64,000 nucleotides of DNA from Candidatus Latescibacterota bacterium (GCA_965198115.1 OZ240241.1:3712001-3776000), one strand, 5' to 3'. Positions 9,540-20,596 are shown, numbered from the stretch's first letter. Translations and numbers: made by a program. Notes: a model not told the origin generated them from the sequence alone.

Positions 9540-10869
9540 CTGTTGCTTCGCGCCCTTGAGTCTCAGATGGGATTGATCGCCAGAATGGTAGATGCTTTGC
9601 GAGATCGTCGTCACCCAAGCTATATCGATCACACGCTTTTGGATCTTGTGAAGCAGCGTGTTTTTCAGATCGCTTGCGGCTATGAAGATGCCGTCGATTG
9701 TGATGATGTGCGACGCTCGGATTTGTATCGGCTCGCACGGGCTTTTGTAGACGGGTTCATCGCATCGTATGACCAGGCACCCCCAAGCATCATTCTCGAT
9801 ATCGACGACACGGATGACCCAACGCACGGTGCGCAACAATTTTCACTCTTCAACGCGTATTACAATGAACACTGCTATATGCCGCTACATATCTATGAAG
9901 GCCAAAGCGGCAAGCTCATTACGACGATCTTGAGACCCGGGCATCCGACGAACGGTAAACAGGTCGTTTCTATTCTCAAGCGCTTGGTGGAACACCTACG
10001 CGGATCTTGGCCAAACGTGGAGATCATCGTTCGCGCAGACTCAAAGTTCAGCTCACCAGAGATGCACGATTTCTGCGAAGACAACGGTATCTACTACGTT
10101 CTGGGCCAGGGCGCCAACTCCAAGCTCAAAGCGGCTGGACAAAACCTGATGGACCAAGCGCTACGTCTGAGCGAGCATAAGGAGACGATTCGCTTGTTCT
10201 CATCCTTCTCATATCAGGCTGGCACCTACCGGCAGCCTCGCCGGATCATTCACAAGGCTGAAGTCACAAACGGCGAAGCAAATCCAAGATACCGCGTGAC
10301 CAATTTACAGAGTAATCGAGACGGCTTTATCTATGATCGTATCTACTGCGCAAGGGGACGCACGGAAGGCTTCATCAAGGACCACAAAACATTCCTTCAC
10401 TCCGATCGAACATCGTGCCACAAGTTTGAAGCCAACCAGTTCCGACTCTTTCTACACAGTGCTGCATACGCCTTGCTTCACGCACTCCGATCACAGGGAC
10501 TCAAGGGCACCGCGTGGACCAAACCTCAGGTCAACACGATACAGAACCGTTTCCTCAAAATCGGCGCGAGAGTCATTGAAAGCGCACGAAGAATCCGATT
10601 CCATTTTCCAACATCGTATCCACTCAAAAACGTCTTGGTGTCAATCATCACCAGGCTCGAAACGAACACGCAGTAACAACGCCGATCTATACCGGGGACA
10701 GCTATGTACACGTCGCAAAACAACACCTGTTCCGGACGAAAATCGTGACTCTTGCGACTCGTAGAGACCGCTTACGGGACCTTGGACATCCGAAGAAGCC
10801 GAGAACAAATCCTGTGCGTGATCACATCACTCCAAAACAACCTAAACTCAAATTCATGCATGATTCAGG
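9540..10869 (+). mobile_element. IS1380-family IS copy 1; left end and transposase N-terminus missing; 99-bp internal deletion
   Basis: LDIDDTDDPTHG, VRADS and YxxRxxxE motifs (ORF 9543-10676); right IR ATTCATGCATGATTCAGG; compared with the copy at 62646-64000. Confidence 0.9.
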
Positions 10870-10967
10870 TACATGTGCTCCCCCCGATCGCCCGCCTTGA
10901 AAACGGCCTCCCCAGAATGGTAGAGTTTCGGGTCTTCCTCTCCGCGGAAGAGATTGATCGGGTTCAC
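10870..10967 (-). pseudogene. cNMP-binding (Crp-type) domain 5' stub cut by IS1380
   Basis: INLFRGEEDPKLYHSGEAVFKAGDRGEHMY resembles the start of a cNMP-binding domain; ends at the IS IR. Confidence 0.65.
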
Positions 10968-11354
10968 TTCATGCTCCGGAAGGTCGTCAAACCAGCACTG
11001 GCGCGTTGGCTTCAGCCAAAAGCTGGAGAGAACCACCCCTCGACTCCGCTCGGGGTAGGCTCCTGAACACAGATGGACACAAATGGGAGTGACCCGTGAC
11101 CATTGTGGCCCTATTCGGGAAAGAATTTAGTGGTTCTCTACGACCTACACTACGCCACATCAATGGCAAACGGTCTGGCCGAGTTCGGGCCTATCAGCTG
11201 CCGACAAGGTAGCTCGTCGGTGAAGGCAAGTCCACTGAAACGGCGCAAAAGAACCACTCGGACGGCCCAAGACTGTACGGCCTGCCAGTCGGTTTTACGC
11301 ATTGTCGCTCTTGCTGCCGTTCTCCCGCTCACCCACGCTCCCCCTCAACAAACG

Positions 11355-11393
11355 AAAGCGGGCCCGATCACTCTGCCGTGATGGGCCCGCTTT
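11355..11393 (-). terminator. Intrinsic terminator downstream of tRNA-Cys
   Basis: AAAGCGGGCCC...GGGCCCGCTTT hairpin. Confidence 0.75.
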
Positions 11394-11399
11394 ATCAAC

Positions 11400-11473
11400 T
11401 GGAGGCACCGGGCGGATTCGAACCGCCGCTCAAGGCTTTGCAGGCCCCTGCCTTACCACTTGGCTACGGTGCC
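11400..11473 (-). tRNA. tRNA-Cys (GCA) with encoded CCA
   Basis: GGCACCGTAGCCAAGTGGTAAGGCAGGGGCCTGCAAAGCC...GGTTCGAATCC...GGTGCCTCCA folds as a cloverleaf. Confidence 0.96.
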
Positions 11474-11560
11474 GTCAATACCAAATACATAAATGCCTGT
11501 TTATGAGTAGAATGTAACAGTTCTCGTCCGATGTTGTCAATACCACGCACGACCGATCGT

Positions 11561-12217
11561 CTACAAGGCACCAGCCGCCCAGAGGAGACCTCGCCGCTGG
11601 ATTTCCCTGGCCTCGGGAACATCGAAATCAACGGCCTTGTGCCCGAGCGACGAGTAGAAAATTCGGCCCTTGCCATACATGCGTTTCCACACCACGGGCA
11701 TAACGCACCCGTTGACCCACGGAGCCAGGTCGCCCGTCTGAAATGTCGTGTGTACCAATGCCTCGTTCGACGGGTCCACGTGCAGGTAGTATTGCTCCGA
11801 ATGCATGTCGAAGTCACCCAGGCCTTTTGTGATCGAATCGTCGTGGGTCGTGATGTTGACCCGGTAGTCGATCACCCCGCCGGGATGCGCCACCCATTGT
11901 CCCCCCACCATCCATTGATAGCCCGTATCCTGTCGAAACGCATCGGCCATGCCTCCGTGCCAGCCACCGAGCCCCACACCGCTCTCCACGGCAGTCTTTA
12001 GCCCGTTCGACTGATCCTTCTCGATCGAAGACATCGTCCAGCAGGGAACGATCAGATCCTGCTCCTGGAGCTTGTCGGCATCGAGAAGAACATCCAGCGT
12101 ATGCGCCACCTCCACGCTGAACCCTGCTTCGATCAGCAGCGCTTCGAAGATATCGGTCGTCTGCTTGGGCTCGTGCCCCTCCCATCCACCCCACGTCATG
12201 AGTGCTTTCTTTGCCAT
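11561..12217 (-). CDS. ThuA-like domain protein
   Basis: [19 protein letters not shown] and [10 protein letters not shown] motifs. Confidence 0.88.
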   Translation of the reverse strand: MAKKALMTWGGWEGHEPKQTTDIFEALLIEAGFSVEVAHTLDVLLDADKLQEQDLIVPCWTMSSIEKDQSNGLKTAVESGVGLGGWHGGMADAFRQDTGYQWMVGGQWVAHPGGVIDYRVNITTHDDSITKGLGDFDMHSEQYYLHVDPSNEALVHTTFQTGDLAPWVNGCVMPVVWKRMYGKGRIFYSSLGHKAVDFDVPEAREIQRRGLLWAAGAL

Positions 12218-12261
12218 TGTTTACCTCGTCATTGGGTGAGAAGGTAGAAGAGTCTGCGCCA

Positions 12262-13065
12262 CTATCCAACGTCATCTTTCTTAAGTAGATCGCGGTCAGC
12301 AGGCCGCTCTTGCCCTCTGCCACGAGCGTATCCTTTTTCGGTGAGGAAGGCGTGGCTCTTCTCGACGGCTTCCATCATGTCGGTCGCGCATCGATCCAGC
12401 TCGACGATCCACCACTCGACGCGATCACCACCCGCCTGAACGATACGATCGAATTCGGTAATCCCTTCACCGAGTGCCTGCATGTCCGCTTCGCGTGTGC
12501 AAGGGCCGTCCTTCAGGTGGATGAGCGGCACACGGTCGCCGAGTTCGGCGATCACACTCGCGGGGTCGGCCCCCGCCGTCTGGACCCAGTAGGCATCGAT
12601 CTGGAAGAAAATGTCCGCGTCCAGGTGATCGAGCATCTGCTTGTAGACGAACTCGCCATCGACTTCGAGATACTCCCACCAATGATTGTGGATGCCGAAG
12701 GCAAGACCGTTCGAACGACACGTCGCAGCCGCCTCGTTGAAGCGGTCGCACGAGGTCTTGATCTGGTCCTTCGACCCGAACTGATCGCTTCCGAGACCGG
12801 CGACGAGTCGCTGGATGCCAAGAGCTTCCGCTGTCTCCAGGGACTCTTGTTGGTGGTCACCGATCGGGAGCGGCAGGTGCGCGCTGCAGACTTCCAGTCC
12901 CAGGTCGGCGAACAATCGGGCGGCTGCCTCCGGGGTCGTACCGGGGAAGCCGGCAGGCTCGACCCCGGCATAGCCGATGTCGGCCACCTTACGGACGGTT
13001 CCCTCATAGTCCTGGGCGGCAGCGTCTCGGAGCGTGAATAGCTGTAGTGCGATTGGTGCGGGCAT
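12262..13065 (-). CDS. Sugar phosphate isomerase/epimerase (TIM barrel)
   Basis: HNHWWE, QIDAYW, HLKD and IVELD motifs. Confidence 0.88.
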   Translation of the reverse strand: MPAPIALQLFTLRDAAAQDYEGTVRKVADIGYAGVEPAGFPGTTPEAAARLFADLGLEVCSAHLPLPIGDHQQESLETAEALGIQRLVAGLGSDQFGSKDQIKTSCDRFNEAAATCRSNGLAFGIHNHWWEYLEVDGEFVYKQMLDHLDADIFFQIDAYWVQTAGADPASVIAELGDRVPLIHLKDGPCTREADMQALGEGITEFDRIVQAGGDRVEWWIVELDRCATDMMEAVEKSHAFLTEKGYARGRGQERPADRDLLKKDDVG

Positions 13066-13239
13066 GGGAATCCTTCTTATGATGTGTTTCCCAATGTGCG
13101 CCGAGACACCATTGATCCTGCGCGTTTCTTCCTAACGGCGGCGCACGGATCTATGGTTTTTCGGGATCTCCGGGGCACGCCCCCGGCTATTTTCGGATGC
13201 CCCTTGGGGGCTGCCGACCAATTTGACCTCATACGGCCC

Positions 13240-14258
13240 TCAGATATCGGGGTACATCTCGTTCAGACGTACGGGCGCTTCGCGTTCAGCCGATACGTAG
13301 CCTGCCAGCACAACAGCGAGACTGCGGCGCTCAGACTCAGCCGTCGTGGGACCCCACGCATTCCCCGACACAGCGTCGGCGAACGCTTCCATTTCGTGGG
13401 CGTAATCCGATAAATCATCATCGGGCCACGCCATCGGTTCGCCCTTGCCGTCGCCATCGTAGATGACGTAGCCGTCTCGGCCCGAATGGAGACTGCCTCT
13501 GTCCCCGTAGAGCGTCATCCCACCGAGTCCACCCTTCAGGAACACCCCCGGGACTGCAGGAAGGAGATCGAATAGCCACTCGCCGTAGTCAGCGTTCCTG
13601 TCAACGTGGCCTCCACATCGGTCCGATCGATTCGACTGGAATGGTGATGACGGAGATACACGTCCCGGATCTCACCAAAGATGTATCGAACCTGAGCGAC
13701 GGTATGGATGCCGTTGAGAAGCCAATGCCCGGAGCCACCCGCATCGGGCGTCGACAGCCAGGCACGACGACCGGGATAACCATATTGCTCCGCGCGAAAC
13801 TCCGAGACGACCGACGCCGAAACGATTTCGCCGATCGTCCGACCACTCTGAACGATGTCCCGAAGCGTCCTCGACACCGGCGAATAGGGCACATTCTCGG
13901 CCACGAACAGCATGACACCATTCTTGTCTGCTGCGTCGATCATCCGCGTCGCCTCGGCAACCGTCATCGCCATCGGCTTCTCAACGAGCACGTGCTTGCC
14001 TGCCTCGGCTGCCGCAATCGCTACATCACAATGAAAACGATGAGGAAGACAGATGGACAAAGCGTCGACGCTCGGATCGGCAATCGCATCGTCGACCGAC
14101 TGGTAGATCTTCTCGACCTCCAATTCGGCCGACTTTTCTTCCAGGAATGCGCGGTCGTTGTCGACCAGGCAATCGACGACCAGTTTTCGCCCGAGCTCAC
14201 GAATTGCTTCCACGTGTCGACTTCCAGCCCAGCCGACGCCAGCGACAGCGACTCTCAC
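13240..14258 (-). CDS. Gfo/Idh/MocA oxidoreductase, frameshifted near 13545
   Basis: GVGWAG and HVLVEKPMA motifs; C-terminus continues in ORF 13240-13545 after a G run. Confidence 0.8.
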
Positions 14259-15331
14259 GGATTCCCCAACCAGGCGTGGGTGCCCGTCGACACCCCCACG
14301 GCCGTAGCCACCTCGGCGAGGTCCGAGAGGGTCGCGCGGTTCAATGGAATGCCGTTCACTACATAGTCCTCGCGATTCAGGAACTCCAACTCACCCGGCG
14401 AGTAGATCCTCTCCGTCCCCTCCGCAAGTCTGCACGCGTGGATTTCCTGAACCGCTGCGTCGACCCTTCCTTTGAACGAATCAGGTTCCTCGAAGGCATC
14501 GATCTTGATCGCCGCGAAAAAGTGACCATCCGCTCCCGGTTTCGGACCGTCTTCCATGTTCCCGAGCTCGGTGCCATACGCCGCACCCGAAAGCATCGAT
14601 GACAGGATGCCCACGATGAGCGCCAGGCCTGTGCCCTTGAACCCGCCAATGGGCATCAGCAGCCCATCGATGGCGGCAGCGGGATCGGTCGTCGGGCGCC
14701 CGTTCCTGTCGAGGGCCCAACCCTCGGGCAACGGCACGCCTCTCTGTTGATGGATCCGGATCTTGCCGTGCGAGGACCCGCTGAAGGCGGCATCATAAAC
14801 GATGGGGCGTTCGGACGCGGCGGGAATCGCAACACCCAGCGGGTTGATCCCCAGAATCCGCTCAGTACCACCCCAGGGCGCCATCGTCGGCAGCGCATGC
14901 GTCGTGGCGATCCCGATCATGTCGTGCTCTAGCGCCATCGTCGCGTAGAAGGCCATCGTGCCGCAGTGATTGCTGCCGCGCACGGCCGATGCCGCGATGC
15001 CGTGTTCGCCAGCCCGGCGGGTCGCCTCCGCCATCGCGAAGTGGGCGGCGATCTGCCCCATGGCGTTGTGCCCATCGACGACCACGCACGCCCCATTGTC
15101 ACGCACGACTGTTGGTCTTCCGTTCGGGTCGACCCCGTCTTCGCGCAGCTTCTTCACATACTCGGGCACTCGCAAAACGCCGTGGGAATGGGTGCCGCTC
15201 AGATCGGCGCTGATCAACTGGTCGGTCAACAACGCCCAATCGGACGACGACATTCCACAAGCTTCGAAGATCTGTTCAACGTGCGTTCTGAGCTCGTCGG
15301 GAGGGACACGAAGAGCGCCTTCTTCATCCAT
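14255..15331 (-). CDS. Ldh_2 family (malate/L-lactate/sulfolactate-type) oxidoreductase
   Basis: SHG, SNHCG, GINP and GGFKGTGL motifs; ATG overlaps the upstream gene end. Confidence 0.88.
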   Translation of the reverse strand: MDEEGALRVPPDELRTHVEQIFEACGMSSSDWALLTDQLISADLSGTHSHGVLRVPEYVKKLREDGVDPNGRPTVVRDNGACVVVDGHNAMGQIAAHFAMAEATRRAGEHGIAASAVRGSNHCGTMAFYATMALEHDMIGIATTHALPTMAPWGGTERILGINPLGVAIPAASERPIVYDAAFSGSSHGKIRIHQQRGVPLPEGWALDRNGRPTTDPAAAIDGLLMPIGGFKGTGLALIVGILSSMLSGAAYGTELGNMEDGPKPGADGHFFAAIKIDAFEEPDSFKGRVDAAVQEIHACRLAEGTERIYSPGELEFLNREDYVVNGIPLNRATLSDLAEVATAVGVSTGTHAWLGNP

Positions 15332-16166
15332 CCGCGGCTGCAACCCCCATCTCCTCCTCCACGATCTTATCCACCGTGTTGCGATGGCGTTTCGGCATCC
15401 CGTTTCGGTCCACCGGCAATCGATCACCAATGAAGCTGTCGAACGTCACAGCCTCTGCTTCCTCTGCGGTCGCTCCGTCCCCCAGCATTTCGCGCACCTT
15501 GTCACGGACCGAACGGAGGTAGCCGGCCTGCCACGTCAACCAATCCCGCACCGCTTTGCGGCCTTTGATGGTATAGCCGTGCCCGGGAACCAGCGTCTCT
15601 ATATCCACCTCGAGAAGTCGGGCGAGGGAGCGCTCGAGAATCCGGCTGTCGCCATCCCCGATCGCAGCAACGATTCCGTTGACGACGGAGTCGCCGGAAA
15701 AGAGCAGACGGTCCTCCTCCACATAGATCGACAACCCGTCCTCGCTGTGCCCGGGCGTCGGGAACATCCAAAGGTGTTTTTCCCCCAGATCCAGCCACAT
15801 CTCTTCGCTAAAAGTGACGGTGGGCCACGGGAGTCGGGATCGCGCATCCTCGACCGTGGTCTCCCATTTCTTCGCAAATCCGACAAGTTGAGATTCGATC
15901 TTTGCGGGCGTCAGCTTGTGCGCGAAAACCTCTCCCCCGATCAACGGCAGCGCGCCGAGTACGTGGTCGCCGTGACCGTGCGTCAGCGCCAGACGGTCCA
16001 CATCGCGGCCGCTGTCCCGAATCAGCCCGGCCATCGATTCAGCTTCATCGACGTAGTTGCTGCAGTCGATCGCCACCGCCGACCGGGATCCGATCACGAC
16101 TCCGTTCTTTCCGTCGACGAAGCGGCTGGCAAAGCTGAACACACCCTGGGCTTCTTCCGTAAACAC
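15324..16166 (-). CDS. MBL-fold metallo-hydrolase
   Basis: THGHGDH, PGHS, GD and PGHG motifs. Confidence 0.88.
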   Translation of the reverse strand: MFTEEAQGVFSFASRFVDGKNGVVIGSRSAVAIDCSNYVDEAESMAGLIRDSGRDVDRLALTHGHGDHVLGALPLIGGEVFAHKLTPAKIESQLVGFAKKWETTVEDARSRLPWPTVTFSEEMWLDLGEKHLWMFPTPGHSEDGLSIYVEEDRLLFSGDSVVNGIVAAIGDGDSRILERSLARLLEVDIETLVPGHGYTIKGRKAVRDWLTWQAGYLRSVRDKVREMLGDGATAEEAEAVTFDSFIGDRLPVDRNGMPKRHRNTVDKIVEEEMGVAAADG

Positions 16167-16173
16167 GCAGCTC

Positions 16174-16602
16174 CTATCCCGAGTCGACTCGCGCACGAAA
16201 ATCGGACGGCATTGACACGATCTTCCCACAGTCGTAGTCGAAGAAAACCATCCCCGTCCTGACCAGGGCCACGTCCAACCCGGTGTCCCGATCGCTCATC
16301 CGATAGATCATCGTGAAATTCGACCTGCCGAGGTCTGCAACGCCGACCTGAACACGAAGGACCTGGCCATAGCGTCCCTGAGACTTGTAAACAACCACCG
16401 CGTCAGCCATCGTCAAACTCGCCCCGTCAGCGTCGAGCTCCGACAGCCCTACCGAATGCAGATACTGGACCCTCGCCTCGTGTGCCAACGAAAGGACAGC
16501 GTCGTTGCCGAGATGGTCCCCGTAGTTGAGGTCGGTAATCCGTACCGGTATGTCTGTCTGGAAGGGAAAGTGATCGGGAAGGTCGATTCGGACGCGCGGC
16601 AC
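16174..16602 (-). CDS. Acyl-CoA thioesterase (4HBT/hotdog fold)
   Basis: VRITDLNYGDHLGN motif. Confidence 0.85.
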   Translation of the reverse strand: MPRVRIDLPDHFPFQTDIPVRITDLNYGDHLGNDAVLSLAHEARVQYLHSVGLSELDADGASLTMADAVVVYKSQGRYGQVLRVQVGVADLGRSNFTMIYRMSDRDTGLDVALVRTGMVFFDYDCGKIVSMPSDFRARVDSG

Positions 16603-16603
16603 C

Positions 16604-17341
16604 TCATTGGCCCCGCACGGTGTAGCGGTCTTCGTATTCGCCTTTCACGAATTTCTCGGACACGAAATCCGCCGGCGTGTAGTGCCAGGCCGTGCTGTAT
16701 CGTGAACGATCGCTCACGTTTTCCAGAGCGCCGTGCAGCAGATTGGCCGAAAACGCGACGAAAGATCCGGCGGGAACGACCACGCTCACCGCCTGCGCCT
16801 CATCGACCTGTGTCCAGCTTCCGTGGCTGTTCGGCCGCTTCTCGTGTTCGGCGATTCGGCCCGATCGGTGACTACCCGGCACGATCCGCAGGCACCCGTT
16901 TGCCTCGTCTGCATCCTCCAGATAGACACCGCAGCTGACGATCCGGTCCGAATTCGTCCCGAAATAGAAGTTATCCTGATGCCACCCTACCGAAGTGCCT
17001 CCCCCCGGCAGCTTCGGAAAAAACTTCGTTCCGAACACGTCGATATTCGATCCTACGAGAGCTTCGACGCGGTCGAGAATGGCGGGTTCCTGCGCAAGCT
17101 CGAGGATGCGCGGTTCAACGACACACACACCCTGGACTTTGTGCAGCAATCCCGAAATGGGGGCTCCGGCGTCGTCGAGCTCGAGTGACCAGTGGGGTTC
17201 ACCATCCACCAGCGTACGGCCTTTCTCGACGAGACCGTCGAGCACCTTTCGATGAATTCGCACGCGATCAGAGGGCAGAGCGCCCTCGAAAACGAGAAAT
17301 CCTTCCTCGCGGAATCGAATCTGTTCTTCATTCGTGAGCAT
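16604..17341 (-). CDS. Phytanoyl-CoA dioxygenase family protein
   Basis: WHQD, PGSH and LHG...R motifs. Confidence 0.9.
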   Translation of the reverse strand: MLTNEEQIRFREEGFLVFEGALPSDRVRIHRKVLDGLVEKGRTLVDGEPHWSLELDDAGAPISGLLHKVQGVCVVEPRILELAQEPAILDRVEALVGSNIDVFGTKFFPKLPGGGTSVGWHQDNFYFGTNSDRIVSCGVYLEDADEANGCLRIVPGSHRSGRIAEHEKRPNSHGSWTQVDEAQAVSVVVPAGSFVAFSANLLHGALENVSDRSRYSTAWHYTPADFVSEKFVKGEYEDRYTVRGQ

Positions 17342-17353
17342 ACGGACCCCGTT

Positions 17354-17956
17354 TCAACCGTCGACTTCAACCACTTCACCGTGCCCCAGCCCGATCTCCC
17401 AAAGGGAGCGAAAGACGTCGTCGGGCGGGTCCTTTCGAGCAATTACCGAAATGCGATCGGCTCGAAAGGTAATCGGTGACCAACTGTTCTGCAAAGTCTC
17501 AAGAAGAGAGAGACAGGCCGCTTCTCCCTTGACCTGCCCGATGCTCAGATGGGGTGTGAAACCGTCGGAATGTTTCCTCACCTCATCACACTCGGGGCAA
17601 GCCGACCACACGGAATCGTGCAGGCGACGGAGAGCTTCCGTCGGTTCCGGCTTGAGCCAGATCGTGTTGGAGGAGCGGTGACGAAAACGTTCCAGCCGAT
17701 TCAGCGACACATCGAACGGCGCCAGAGATTGGCAAGCCGTCGAGAGACGCTCGAGGGCGGTCTCCCGAGGGATACCCTCCAGGAACGGATACATGAGGGT
17801 CACGTGCGGCATCCATCGGCGGACGTGCCTGTCGTGGGACCGCCGAATCTGTTGAATCGGACCCCAAACCGTCGATTCGGGAATCAGAACCACCGCCGAG
17901 CGATGGCTCTTCGACTGGTGCACGCCTGGCGTATTTCCGCCAGCCACGTCACGCAT
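17354..17956 (-). CDS. 2H phosphoesterase (2'-5' RNA ligase-like)
   Basis: Two HxT/S motifs (PHVTL, PHLSI). Confidence 0.82.
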   Translation of the reverse strand: MRDVAGGNTPGVHQSKSHRSAVVLIPESTVWGPIQQIRRSHDRHVRRWMPHVTLMYPFLEGIPRETALERLSTACQSLAPFDVSLNRLERFRHRSSNTIWLKPEPTEALRRLHDSVWSACPECDEVRKHSDGFTPHLSIGQVKGEAACLSLLETLQNSWSPITFRADRISVIARKDPPDDVFRSLWEIGLGHGEVVEVDG

Positions 17957-18161
17957 GGCAACCGCCCCTAGTCACAAACCGGCACTCCCCTACCCCTGCC
18001 CAACGTGGGATTATCAAAAATGTAGGTTTACAACTTCTTGTTTTACACGATCTTTTCATACCGCGTCGAAATAGTTGGCCAGACTCGACGGTGTTGGTCC
18101 AGACTTTGCGAATGGGTTCCCTGTCCGCGTGTGAGCTGAATCACGTTAGCCAGAAGGCGCA

Positions 18162-19559
18162 ATGGTCGCTCCAGCCAAACCCCTTGAATTCCTTGAGAGT
18201 CTCGACAACCTGCCGACCCTCCCCACGGTGGCGGCACGCGTCGCCAATGCGGCCCAGGACGAAACCGCGTCGGTGAAAGAAGTCTCTGATCTGATCGAAA
18301 AGGACTTCGCCCTCTCGGCCAAGATCCTGCAGGTCGTCAACTCTTCGCTCTACGGTTTCAGTCGAGAAATCGACAGCGTCAACGACGCCGTCGGCCTGAT
18401 GGGCTTCAAACAGGTCGGAAACCTGGCTCTGGGCATTTCCGTCGTCAGTGGCTTCCCCCAGCAGAAAGTTTTCGGGTTCAGCTACCACGATTTCTGGCAC
18501 AGATCCGTCAGCAATGCCGTCGCCGCCACCATGACGGCCACCCAGATCGACAACAAAGCGGAGGGACTGTTTACCACCGCACTCCTCCAGGACATAGGAA
18601 CGTGCATTCTCGTCAAGCACCTGCCCCTCGCCTACGGTAATGCGATGGGTATGGCGCACGAACGGGACATTCACCCGATCCACACCGAGCGTGAGGTACT
18701 TGGGGCCGATCACGCCGAAGTCGGAGGCCACCTGGTCAAACACTGGAACCTGCCGTCCAGTATTCAGATGGCGATTCGCCATCACCACTTTACCGAATTC
18801 GGTGACGATCTCGATCCCGACGTAACCAACGGCTACACGGACACGATTCGAATCGTCAACTTCTCGAACCTCCTCACAGACGTTCTGTATGACGAAACGG
18901 AAGACACACGCCGCGTCGAGCGTCTCGATCGAGCGGCCAAGAACCTGAAGCTGGACCAGACGCAGATCGATGAGATGTTCGATCGAATGCCGGAGGAGGT
19001 CCGGAGCGTTCAGTCGCTGTTCCACGCCGAGACGGAGGAAGAGGAGACCGAGTCGGTCGATCAGTTCTACGATGAGTGCCCGAAGTGCGCATCCACCTCT
19101 ATCATCCGTTTCTGCGGGGAATGCGGCACATCACTCCTCAAGACCTCCGGCGGCGGAATCGAGCGCGAAGGCCAAAATCAGAAGATCCTGGTAGCCGAGG
19201 ACAGCGAAGCCATTCGCACCGCCATTGTTTCCCTCCTGCGGAAGCGAGGCTACAACGTCGTGGTCGCGTTCAACGGCGAAGAAGCCGTTCAGTTGACAGG
19301 GAAGGAACAACCGGACCTTGTCCTGATGGACATCCGCATGCCGGTCATGGACGGTCTCGAAGCGCTTCGCCACATTCGTCTCGACGTGCGGTCCCAGGAA
19401 CTGCCTGTCATCATGCTGACGTCAGTCACGAACCTCGACACCGTCACCGACGCCATCAGCCGGGGCGCGACAGACTACGTCGCCAAACCCTTCACGATCG
19501 GGAAACTCCTTGCAACGATCGAGAAGTACATCGTGAAGTCCGAAGAAGAGACCTCCTGA
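18162..19559 (+). CDS. HDOD - zinc ribbon - receiver domain signalling protein
   Basis: LPTLP...LQDIG...DHAEVG HDOD; CPKC/CGEC; ED...D...KPF receiver. Confidence 0.88.
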   Translation: MVAPAKPLEFLESLDNLPTLPTVAARVANAAQDETASVKEVSDLIEKDFALSAKILQVVNSSLYGFSREIDSVNDAVGLMGFKQVGNLALGISVVSGFPQQKVFGFSYHDFWHRSVSNAVAATMTATQIDNKAEGLFTTALLQDIGTCILVKHLPLAYGNAMGMAHERDIHPIHTEREVLGADHAEVGGHLVKHWNLPSSIQMAIRHHHFTEFGDDLDPDVTNGYTDTIRIVNFSNLLTDVLYDETEDTRRVERLDRAAKNLKLDQTQIDEMFDRMPEEVRSVQSLFHAETEEEETESVDQFYDECPKCASTSIIRFCGECGTSLLKTSGGGIEREGQNQKILVAEDSEAIRTAIVSLLRKRGYNVVVAFNGEEAVQLTGKEQPDLVLMDIRMPVMDGLEALRHIRLDVRSQELPVIMLTSVTNLDTVTDAISRGATDYVAKPFTIGKLLATIEKYIVKSEEETS

Positions 19560-19597
19560 CCTTCGCCGTCACTCCGCATTCCGCTCAGCAGCGACGC

Positions 19598-20596
19598 CTA
19601 CCGCTCAAACTCGACTCTACGAACAGCAAAAGTGTCGTCCCCCGAAAACACGAGGTGACACACACGCCCATCCTCACTCATCCACTTCGTGGGAAAGAAG
19701 GCCTGATCGCCCGGACCCACATCCCACAGGTCCGTGTAAAACACGGTCGTCCACGGTCCCCACGGCTCGGGCGCATCGTAGACCGCGAATCCCCCTCGGA
19801 ACCGCGTGTTATCGTCACCGGGCGTCCTGTGCTGGTGCCACCACAGATACCGTCCCAACCCGGCGTTGTAGCTGATGCCGGATCGCGAGCATCCCGCCGG
19901 CTTCTCGAACACGGCACCTCGGTCGTCGTAGCTCTCCGACCACCGGGCGTGCCCACCACCACCCGATTCGACGAAAAATCTGTAGGCCCCTCGATCTGCG
20001 ATGTCGCCCGTCGGCACGCGAGCGAGGACAAACCGGTCGGCGTTCTCGTAGGCGCTATCGTGATTGGGCGAGTAGACGTAGACATACTCGTCTCTGGCGC
20101 CCGAATAGTCGGGGCCGAAGTTCAGCAGCGTGGGGCACCCGAACTGCTCCGTCCACTTCCAGTCTGCCCAGGTCCACGTCTTCGCGTAGTCTGACGACCA
20201 ACCCAGCTGCGAGTTGGCCGCATTTCTCACGTAGACGTAGAGGACGCCGCCTACCATAAGCATCCCACTCGCCTTTTTCCCGTTCGGGCCGTGCCCCGAG
20301 TTCTCTCCCGACGGCGACCGTATGTTCACCCCACGGAAGTCCTCGGCCTCCCCTTCGATGCGGGCAAACCCCATCCCGAGCTTTACGTCCAGAATAGGAT
20401 CGAACCCGTATCCATCCCCGTAGGCCGCATACTGGTGGCCGTCGTCCGCCCACGTGATGGGCCAGTTGTCGCTGCCGTCGTATCTGACCTTGCCGCGCTT
20501 CCCCCGTGCCTTCCATTGGATATCCTCCCTGGGGGCCCAGGTCACGCGTGTGATCACGTCGCTCGGGGGACACGGCGAACGGTCGAGCTGATTCAC
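19598..20596 (-). CDS. Hypothetical beta-propeller protein (DUF4185-like)
   Basis: SDNWPITWADD and APEPWGPW motifs. Confidence 0.65.
   Translation of the reverse strand: MNQLDRSPCPPSDVITRVTWAPREDIQWKARGKRGKVRYDGSDNWPITWADDGHQYAAYGDGYGFDPILDVKLGMGFARIEGEAEDFRGVNIRSPSGENSGHGPNGKKASGMLMVGGVLYVYVRNAANSQLGWSSDYAKTWTWADWKWTEQFGCPTLLNFGPDYSGARDEYVYVYSPNHDSAYENADRFVLARVPTGDIADRGAYRFFVESGGGGHARWSESYDDRGAVFEKPAGCSRSGISYNAGLGRYLWWHQHRTPGDDNTRFRGGFAVYDAPEPWGPWTTVFYTDLWDVGPGDQAFFPTKWMSEDGRVCHLVFSGDDTFAVRRVEFER

Noticed and set aside
11103-11381. Degenerate tyrosine integrase C-terminus (LYDLHYATSMANG) next to the tRNA
   Set aside because: Only a faint likeness to HxLRH...LGH; the catalytic residues are absent, so it is not supportable without a search.
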